The notes under the pieces: generated by a model | The model's database searches: none | Told to the model about the DNA's origin: nothing | What the model saw: only the letters and a program-made list of their open reading frames with translations | Position numbers and translations under genes: made by a program | Shown here: one piece after another, positions 57,631-64,000 of the stretch | Layout of the letters: each line of letters starts with the position of its first letter | Position numbering within the stretch: the first letter of the stretch is position 1 | Virus record (IMG/VR): IMGVR_UViG_3300042367_000228 | Coordinates: 124,001 to 188,000 of that record | Length of the DNA stretch: 64,000 bases | Reading direction: 5' to 3' (one strand)

Positions 57631-58227
57631 TTACATTGGTGCTGCAGCAGGTGCACCTGCTGGCATTCCGCCGCCCATCGGTGGAGCCATTCCGCCTGCC
57701 GGAGCAGGAGCTGCTGGAGCCATTCCAGGTGATGCGCCAGGTGCTGCCGGAGTTGGAGTTCCTTGTTGTGGAGCTTTATCCGGTGTAATGTTTTCATTTT
57801 TTAATTTATCCATATAACCTTTATACATATCAAAGGCTGTCTTTTTTGGCATTTGGATTTCTACAATCCAAATAGGATGGCGATCTAGTTTACCTTTCTT
57901 AGTACCTGGACGGATGTCTTCTGGTGTTTTAATTTGACGCGGCTCAACAAGATGAGATTTTTGATATTTAACTTTGCATCCTAAATCAATTAATCGTTTA
58001 CCGCCGTTCGGATCTGGCATTTTATCTTGAGGCCACATAAACCCAACAGTGATCCAATGACGATCAACTTTTGGTCCATAGGCTAATTCGCCATCTTCCC
58101 AATTTTTATAAACATACAAATCTAATTCATCAAGAACTCTTTCAAAATCTTTTAGTACTGCTAGACTTGAATTGTTTTCGTATAAAGTTTGTATGTTTTT
58201 AATAATATCTAATACATCTGTAGCCAT
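57631..58227 (-). CDS. Hypothetical protein with Pro/Ala/Gly tail
   Basis: LKDFERVLDELDLYVYKNW.DGEL..GP...MPDP.GGKRL; TAAATA upstream. Confidence 0.6.
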   Translation of the reverse strand: MATDVLDIIKNIQTLYENNSSLAVLKDFERVLDELDLYVYKNWEDGELAYGPKVDRHWITVGFMWPQDKMPDPNGGKRLIDLGCKVKYQKSHLVEPRQIKTPEDIRPGTKKGKLDRHPIWIVEIQMPKKTAFDMYKGYMDKLKNENITPDKAPQQGTPTPAAPGASPGMAPAAPAPAGGMAPPMGGGMPAGAPAAAPM

Positions 58228-58375
58228 AATAATATCCTAAAACTTTTACACTTATTTATCCTGGTTTAAAATCAACCTGTATTTCTTTGTATTTGATTAT
58301 CTTTCGTTAAATAAATGTGTAGTATCCATGTCGCTGTGGTTACTACCATTCTAACAAAAACTAGGAGTTACCTAT

Positions 58376-59107
58376 ATGGGCCACAAACGAGTACAAAAAC
58401 GTTTTACATCACATGTTAATATAGTAGAATTTCAACAACTAAAACTTATTAAACCTAAACGCTACAGTGTATCATTAAATCCACGTAATCAAAGTCAAAA
58501 AGAATACGTTGCAATGTTGCAAGACGAGACTAATAGTATTGTATTTGCAATAGGACCAGCAGGTACTGGTAAAACAATGTTAGCTGTACAACAAGGTATT
58601 AAGTTGTTTCAAGAGGGAGTTATAGATAAAATTATAGTAACTAGACCGGCAGTATCGGTAGATGAGGAATTAGGCTTCTTACCAGGCACATTAAATGAAA
58701 AAATGGCGCCATGGACAAGACCTATTTTTGACGTATTCGGAGAGTATTACCATCAGACAGACATTGCAAAATTTTTGGCTGAAGGTGAGATTGAAATTAG
58801 TCCACTAAGCTATATGAGAGGTAGGACATTTAAGAATGCTTATATCATTTTTGACGAAGCGCAGAATACTACGCCAAATCAAATGAAAATGGCTCTTACC
58901 CGCTTAGGAGAAAATTCACGTATGATTGTAACAGGAGATTTAGCGCAAGCTGATCGCTTGCATGACAATGGATTATTGGAATTTATTGATAGATTAGATA
59001 AAAATAAGACAGCGTTAAGCCATATTGATGTTGCGTATTTTACGCATAAAGATATTGAAAGACATAGTGCAGTGAAGGAGGTTTTAGCACTCTACGGGGA
59101 AAGTTAG
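58376..59107 (+). CDS. phoH: PhoH-family ATPase
   Basis: GPAGTGKT, LGFLPG, YMRGRTF, DEAQN, TRLGE, TGD..Q.D. Confidence 0.93.
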   Translation: MGHKRVQKRFTSHVNIVEFQQLKLIKPKRYSVSLNPRNQSQKEYVAMLQDETNSIVFAIGPAGTGKTMLAVQQGIKLFQEGVIDKIIVTRPAVSVDEELGFLPGTLNEKMAPWTRPIFDVFGEYYHQTDIAKFLAEGEIEISPLSYMRGRTFKNAYIIFDEAQNTTPNQMKMALTRLGENSRMIVTGDLAQADRLHDNGLLEFIDRLDKNKTALSHIDVAYFTHKDIERHSAVKEVLALYGES

Positions 59108-59124
59108 AAGTTTTAAAATAGAAC

Positions 59125-59148
59125 TAGCAGCTGACTAGTCAGCTGCTA
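59125..59148. terminator. Perfect 24-bp palindrome / terminator between convergent genes
   Basis: TAGCAGCTGACT|AGTCAGCTGCTA followed by TTTTT. Confidence 0.7.
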
Positions 59149-59151
59149 TTT

Positions 59152-59649
59152 TTATAGTTTTTCAACAGTTATACCACATTTTTCTAAAAATTCAAGTCCG
59201 GCAGTACTACGATAAGTTTCTTTGTAGAACACTTTAGTAATTCCGGTCTGATATATTCCTTTAGCGCACTCTATACATGGAGCATGCGTAATAAACATAA
59301 AAGCACCTTTACCAGATTCAGATGAACTTGCTAATTTCATTAGCGCATTCATTTCTGCGTGTATCACTTCTGATTTTGTTTTTAGTGCATATCGCTGGTT
59401 ATCATCTCTAACATACGGAAAATTTATTGCGAACTCTTCTGGGTCACAATCATAATCGCCATGATTTTCATCCGGGTAAATGACACGCTCACAACAGTTG
59501 TCCCATCCGGTGGGAGTACCGTTGTAGCCAAGACTAATAATACGATCATCTTTAACTACAACCGCGCCAACTTTAAGCTTAATTGCGGAACTAAGTTCCG
59601 CAAATGTATAAGCTGTTTTCATAAAAGCATTTTTAAACTTTTGTTTCAT
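59152..59649 (-). CDS. dCMP deaminase
   Basis: KVGAVVV, GYNGTP, HAEMNA, APCIEC. Confidence 0.92.
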   Translation of the reverse strand: MKQKFKNAFMKTAYTFAELSSAIKLKVGAVVVKDDRIISLGYNGTPTGWDNCCERVIYPDENHGDYDCDPEEFAINFPYVRDDNQRYALKTKSEVIHAEMNALMKLASSSESGKGAFMFITHAPCIECAKGIYQTGITKVFYKETYRSTAGLEFLEKCGITVEKL

Positions 59650-59788
59650 GATCATCAACAGATTGCTTTTCTGTTAGTTCTTTAGGTGCTGGCGAATTCA
59701 TAAATGGACATTTTGAAATGTCTCCTGTATGATAATTGTCATCACTTTTAAAAATTTTAGTAATAGTTGTCCAAACATAATTAAACAT
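59633..59788 (-). CDS. Small protein, 51 aa (not in the ORF track)
   Basis: MFNYVWTTITKIFK...GDISKCPFM...; strong GAGGAG RBS. Confidence 0.55.
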   Translation of the reverse strand: MFNYVWTTITKIFKSDDNYHTGDISKCPFMNSPAPKELTEKQSVDDHETKV

Positions 59789-59815
59789 AGTAATTCTCCT
59801 CGTTAAATATTTTCA

Positions 59816-60667
59816 TTACTTAATCCCAATCATCGGCACTGAACTATTTGGTAACATAGTAACAGGTAATACTCCATTCCATTTTTCAATAGCATTTAGT
59901 TCTGCTACACCTGGATTGTTACGAACAGCTTCGCCTTTTAACCGAATTGCTTTAGCTTCGGCTTCTGCTACTAACAATCTTGCATTAGCTTCGCCTTCTG
60001 CAACTGCAATAGCTTTCTGTGCTTCAGCTTTAGCAGTTTCAATTTCATTTTGACGTGTGATTGCAATTTGTGATGCAGAAATCTTAGCATCGATTGCGTT
60101 AGTTACAGTTTCTGGCAATCTAATATTGCCAACCCATGACAAGTGATCTAAATGAATGCCGTATGGTTCAATTTCAGCACGCACTCTAACTTCGGCAGCT
60201 TTAATTAACTCTGCTTTACCTTCGCCGTATACTGATTCGATTGGTTTAGTAGACGATTCTGTATTAATCGCATCTCGCACTAAGTTACGCAAGTACACAT
60301 CGGTAATTTCGGTGATACCTTTACGATACTTTTGGAACAATACTGGAATCTTATCTGGTTGTAACGTATAGGTAATACCAATGTCAGCGTTTACAGATAA
60401 ACCTTCTTTAGTTTGGAACGTAATAGACTCATCTTCAGCATTACCTTCAGTGTGGGATTTAGACCATGTGTAGTTTTGCATAAAAGTCGGAAACGTGTAT
60501 AATCGTTCATTAACACCGATCCAGTAACGTCCTGGTGATAAAATTTCTGAATCAACCCCTTTGTCACCACCGAGTAAGTGTACCTTAATACCAACTTCAC
60601 CTACGTTAACATTTGAGCAGCCAGAAAGCACAGTAGCCATTGCAGCAACTAATAGTAATTTATTCAT
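59816..60667 (-). CDS. SPFH/band-7 lipoprotein
   Basis: Lipobox LSGC, SPFH domain, AEAEA coiled coil, IEKWNGVLP. Confidence 0.85.
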   Translation of the reverse strand: MNKLLLVAAMATVLSGCSNVNVGEVGIKVHLLGGDKGVDSEILSPGRYWIGVNERLYTFPTFMQNYTWSKSHTEGNAEDESITFQTKEGLSVNADIGITYTLQPDKIPVLFQKYRKGITEITDVYLRNLVRDAINTESSTKPIESVYGEGKAELIKAAEVRVRAEIEPYGIHLDHLSWVGNIRLPETVTNAIDAKISASQIAITRQNEIETAKAEAQKAIAVAEGEANARLLVAEAEAKAIRLKGEAVRNNPGVAELNAIEKWNGVLPVTMLPNSSVPMIGIK

Positions 60668-60876
60668 TATTTTACATCCTTAAAAAGTTCGTCAACGGGT
60701 TTAACTGCATCTTTCCATAATTTGTAAATTACAACTGGATCGATGATTAGTAAAATAAACCAACCTAAACTAAATTCCCACCATTGGTTTGATGACATAT
60801 AGTATGGTAGTACAAAAATAAACTGTAGTAGAAAAAATAATAATACAGCTAACACCTTAAAATAAATTAACAACAT
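60667..60876 (-). CDS. Small two-TM membrane protein
   Basis: Hydrophobic 69 aa, AAGGAG RBS, coupled to the SPFH gene. Confidence 0.6.
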   Translation of the reverse strand: MLLIYFKVLAVLLFFLLQFIFVLPYYMSSNQWWEFSLGWFILLIIDPVVIYKLWKDAVKPVDELFKDVK

Positions 60877-60880
60877 AGTT

Positions 60881-60934
60881 GCTCCTTAGTAATTAAATAA
60901 AGTTATATTATACACTATTATATAATAAGTGCAA
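60881..60934 (-). repeat. Second copy of the promoter-leader-RBS cassette found at 53292-53346
   Basis: Shares ATTAAATAAAGTTATATTATACACTAT exactly, plus GCTCCTT and TATAATAA. Confidence 0.8.
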
Positions 60935-60942
60935 GTTCTAAT

Positions 60943-61200
60943 TTAATCAAAGGTAAACAGTGTATCTGCTATTATAGTAGCAGTATATCGATCTTCAATT
61001 ACTGAATCAATTACAGTGCTATCCCAATAAATTAAAAATAAGTTTGCATCGTTTATACTGTGATAAAATTCTACAGTGGTGTCATCGATCTGATCCCATC
61101 GATCGTAATCCGAACCGAATTCATCTATACACCACTCTATCACATCCGACATATTGTGTTGTGCATTTACCTTAATTGCACATTTCACAAGAAACTTCAT
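60943..61200 (-). CDS. Small hypothetical protein
   Basis: 85 aa with the pattern WC...FG...W...DA..F...W, ending LFTFD. Confidence 0.55.
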   Translation of the reverse strand: MKFLVKCAIKVNAQHNMSDVIEWCIDEFGSDYDRWDQIDDTTVEFYHSINDANLFLIYWDSTVIDSVIEDRYTATIIADTLFTFD

Positions 61201-62120
61201 TACAAGTTACCTAATCGTATTAACGTAGCTGATAAGTTGATCTCTGCATCGCAAATCAATGCGTGATCAACTAAACCTTGTTTAATAATAAGAATAGCTT
61301 TTCTTTGTGTATCATCATCTCCAAACAGTTCGATATTATCATACAACCATCTGTAAATTTCTTCCATCTCTTCCGGACGTGCTTGCGAGCATAGTAATTT
61401 ACGAGCAGCTTCAATTTTACCTGCTTTAAACAATTCAACCATTTCAATTTTATAATCGGCTAAACCTGAATCACTTGCATTCGCTGATTTTAAAACACCT
61501 GAAATACTATTCATTTGTACAGTATTAATACATTTTCTTAAGTCTGGATATGTTGCTTTAACGTAAGTGTCAAGTGTATCTAAATCAAATTCAATATTTT
61601 CATCCATTAAAATTGTAGCAACTCTTGCTGTAAACTCGACCATATCAACTTTTTCAATATGGAATCCTTGACATCTTGAATGGATAGCAGGGATAATTTT
61701 GTTTGGGTAGTTACACGTTAGTACAAATCTTGAAGTATCGGAATATTCTTCCATAATACCACGTAAGCTAGCTTGTGCAGGAGGTGTTAAGAAATCAGCT
61801 TCATCAAGCAACACTACCTTAAATTCACCAAATGGAATCATTTGAATAAAATTAGTAATACGATCTCGCATTGCGTCAATACCACGTTCTCTCGATGCGT
61901 TTATTTCTAAAATGTCTAAGTCGTCAATTTCTAACTCATTAAATAATATTTTTGCAAGTGTTGTTTTACCTACACCTGCGCCGCCACTGAATAATAAATG
62001 AGGAATGCTTTTTTGTTCAAGCCAACTGCGTATTTGTTGTTGTTGTTTTTCATCTTTAAAAACATACCCGTCAATAGTTGACGGACGATAAGATTCGACC
62101 CATAATGATTTTGTTGCCAT
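61200..62120 (-). CDS. Clamp loader subunit (RFC/gp44-like)
   Basis: LWVESYRP, GGAGVGKTT, INAS, LLDEAD, SRC. Confidence 0.92.
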   Translation of the reverse strand: MATKSLWVESYRPSTIDGYVFKDEKQQQQIRSWLEQKSIPHLLFSGGAGVGKTTLAKILFNELEIDDLDILEINASRERGIDAMRDRITNFIQMIPFGEFKVVLLDEADFLTPPAQASLRGIMEEYSDTSRFVLTCNYPNKIIPAIHSRCQGFHIEKVDMVEFTARVATILMDENIEFDLDTLDTYVKATYPDLRKCINTVQMNSISGVLKSANASDSGLADYKIEMVELFKAGKIEAARKLLCSQARPEEMEEIYRWLYDNIELFGDDDTQRKAILIIKQGLVDHALICDAEINLSATLIRLGNL

Positions 62121-62150
62121 ATTAATGCCTTTTGTTTAAGTTAAAAGTGT

Positions 62151-62191
62151 ATTATAGAGTAAAAGACACAACATGTCAAATGCTGTGTCTT
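62151..62191 (-). promoter_or_regulatory. Consensus sigma70 promoter overlapping the groES terminator hairpin
   Basis: TTGACA-17-TATAAT (62179-62151); AAGACACAGCAT-ttgac-ATGTTGTGTCTT-TT. Confidence 0.75.
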
Positions 62192-62198
62192 CAAATGA

Positions 62199-62579
62199 TT
62201 AGTACATCGGTTGACTAAAGTCAAACTCTTGTACAGTTGATGCGTTTGATGCGCCTAAATTAATGTCTGTAGGTCGATGATCTGATACTGCTAAAATTGA
62301 CTTAGTTTCAACTCGTCTAACGGTGAATACAGTATTATTATCTTCTACTTGAACACCACGTGTCCACCGTCCGTGTTCAACTAAGATCCAATCACCAATT
62401 TTTACATCGTGTTGATCAGGACCGATTTTATAAACTTTACCCCAACGAGGTTTAATTCCTTCAGTTTTTCCATTATCGCTACTAACAATAATACCGCTAG
62501 CGGTTACTTGTTCTTCAAAATTCATATCCGAAACAAGTACATTATCATGAATAGTTTCTAATTGTTCTGTTATAATCAT
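62199..62579 (-). CDS. groES: GroES-like co-chaperonin
   Basis: HDNVLV, TASGII, GKVYKIGP..DVKIGD.IL, ILAV. Confidence 0.8.
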   Translation of the reverse strand: MIITEQLETIHDNVLVSDMNFEEQVTASGIIVSSDNGKTEGIKPRWGKVYKIGPDQHDVKIGDWILVEHGRWTRGVQVEDNNTVFTVRRVETKSILAVSDHRPTDINLGASNASTVQEFDFSQPMY

Positions 62580-62902
62580 TGTTTACCTTTATAGTTGCTA
62601 GGCTTTTCTGATTCTTTTACAATCGGGTCGATTAGTGTATCGACTATCGGTGCTGGCTTTATTAATGCCGGTTGCACTCTTTGTTCAACAACTGGTTCAG
62701 TTACTATATGACGTTCAACTGGAATTCCAGTTGATGGAACATGTGGAATGTCTGATTGTTTACGAATAATCTGTCCACCTGGACCTAATATATCGCCCCG
62801 TGCATTAATTTGCACATTACTAACTGCGACTGCAAGTTCATTTTGACTTACTAGTCTGCCCATATCAATTGTTTTACCTTTAGCTGATTTATATATTGCC
62901 AT
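62576..62902 (-). CDS. Hypothetical protein
   Basis: 108 aa with YKSAKGK.IDM..L...NE..AV.N...NARGD.LGPGG. Confidence 0.6.
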   Translation of the reverse strand: MAIYKSAKGKTIDMGRLVSQNELAVAVSNVQINARGDILGPGGQIIRKQSDIPHVPSTGIPVERHIVTEPVVEQRVQPALIKPAPIVDTLIDPIVKESEKPSNYKGKQ

Positions 62903-62922
62903 GTTGTTCTCCTTTATTCTAC

Positions 62923-63432
62923 TTATCTTAAAAAGTCACGCCAATCTAAATTATATTTAATACTGTTAATCTTATGAACGTCTAACAAATATAAAACAAA
63001 ACTAGAAACACTGGATCCTCGACCTACACCCCATATTATATTTTCTTGTAAACACGTATCTACAAAAAATTTAAGCCATTGTAGCACTCGAATCATTTTT
63101 CTTTTTTCAAATTCTAACAATTCGTCTTTTACTCTAGATTCTTCAAAAGGTGAATTACATTTTGAAATACAATAAGCGTATACATCAAAGGAATAGTATT
63201 CCGTTGGCATAAACCATAAATCTTGTGCGTTGCTATCAAACTCGTCAATTGATAAATCATATAAAGATGGATCAATTTTAGCAAAATTTAATTCTGCAAT
63301 GTTAGCAAGCTGTGAAAGTTCGTAGGTATCTTCAACTACGATATCTGATAAAGCTGTTTGATGTCCTGAGTACAAGACATCAAATATGTCAGCTTCGTTA
63401 AAAATTGGGTTTGCAAATTTATCTAATTTCAT
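62923..63432 (-). CDS. Stand-alone fragment of DNA polymerase III alpha (DnaE palm N-half)
   Basis: RVKDEL..., WGVGRGSSVSSFVLYLLDVHKINSIKYNL; no PHP domain and no DxD. Confidence 0.78.
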   Translation of the reverse strand: MKLDKFANPIFNEADIFDVLYSGHQTALSDIVVEDTYELSQLANIAELNFAKIDPSLYDLSIDEFDSNAQDLWFMPTEYYSFDVYAYCISKCNSPFEESRVKDELLEFEKRKMIRVLQWLKFFVDTCLQENIIWGVGRGSSVSSFVLYLLDVHKINSIKYNLDWRDFLR

Positions 63433-63438
63433 GCATGT

Positions 63439-63467
63439 ATTTTAACTTACATTTATTAGTTTGTCAA
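63439..63467 (-). promoter_or_regulatory. sigma70-type promoter
   Basis: TTGACA-17-TAAAAT upstream of the DnaE fragment. Confidence 0.6.
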
Positions 63468-63672
63468 GTCCTTTATTCCTCGATTCCATAACTTTATTCC
63501 ATTCTTCACGTTGTCTGTTACTTAATTCTTCTTTGTAAGCATCTAACATGTTAGTAATTTGAGATTGCACTTCAAAATTTGAAGTCATAAAGTATTTTTT
63601 AGTTAAATCGTTTATTTTTGCTTCAATTTCAGCAGTTTTTAACTCTGATAAATTATATATTAGTGGATGCAT
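63442..63672 (-). CDS. Small coiled-coil protein
   Basis: 76 aa, MHPL..LSELK...LDKLINVS. Confidence 0.55.
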   Translation of the reverse strand: MHPLIYNLSELKTAEIEAKINDLTKKYFMTSNFEVQSQITNMLDAYKEELSNRQREEWNKVMESRNKGLDKLINVS

Positions 63673-63675
63673 AAA

Positions 63676-64000
63676 TTACGGAATAGCATAACGACCTAAA
63701 TACTTCACAAATACAGTAGCACCACCGTCATAAGTATAAGCTTCAATAGCATGATATGCTGAATTGTCAATTTCAATTGCCGGAAATGACGCTTCACGGA
63801 TAACAACACCAGCATTAGCTGACGATATTGCAGTTAATTCATGTGAAGACACACCTAAACCAATTAAATGAACTCTTATAGAAGCGTAAACTCCTCTTGC
63901 GTTAACTGGCCAGTTACTAAAACGAAGAGTCGAAGCACGAGCAACTGAAAATAATTGAAAAACGCCGTTATATAATGATGCTTCGAGTATATTATCTCCA
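63676..64000 (-). CDS. C-terminus of a probable virion structural protein (runs off the window)
   Basis: Open frame ...LRFSNWP...AIEAYTYDGGATVFVKYLGRYAIP*. Confidence 0.55.
   Translation of the reverse strand, partial: GDNILEASLYNGVFQLFSVARASTLRFSNWPVNARGVYASIRVHLIGLGVSSHELTAISSANAGVVIREASFPAIEIDNSAYHAIEAYTYDGGATVFVKYLGRYAIP

Noticed and set aside
57615-57797. 60-aa alternative-frame ORF
   Set aside because: It is an out-of-frame reading of the GC-rich Pro/Ala/Gly tail of 57631-58227.
1-64000. Stop-codon reassignment, as found in some large phages
   Set aside because: Coding density is high under the standard code, and conserved genes are intact and end at TAA, TAG or TGA.

Overview
This is a 64-kb, AT-rich, gene-dense segment of a large T4-related (jumbo-type) tailed phage. 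It uses the standard genetic code, and its spanins point to a Gram-negative host. Positions 1-19.1 kb (+ strand) are a baseplate/tail module ending in a 3054-aa repeat adhesin. From 19.2 kb the genes run almost entirely on the - strand. They include ThyX, a MoxR AAA+/VWA pair, an RNase H-type 5'-3' exonuclease and a ~11.5-kb 7-deazaguanine DNA-modification locus (QueE, FolE, PRTase, GT-B glycosyltransferase, a T-fold DpdL/QueD-like protein, TGT/DpdA). Free-standing endonucleases sit directly upstream of three of the pathway genes. Next come the sliding clamp, family-B DNA polymerase and DsbA, then a block of putative internal head proteins that includes a ligase-fold/HxGH nucleotidyltransferase fusion. 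The rest holds ClpA, DnaJ, a full lysis cassette, PhoH (+ strand), dCMP deaminase, SPFH, clamp loader, GroES and a split DnaE fragment. Many near-consensus sigma70 promoters are present, several fused with hairpins, along with TAAATA late-promoter motifs. The best candidate for a new system is the deazaguanine + glycosyltransferase + PRTase locus. No tRNA, CRISPR array, intron or intein was recognised. All family assignments come from motifs read by eye; no searches were run.
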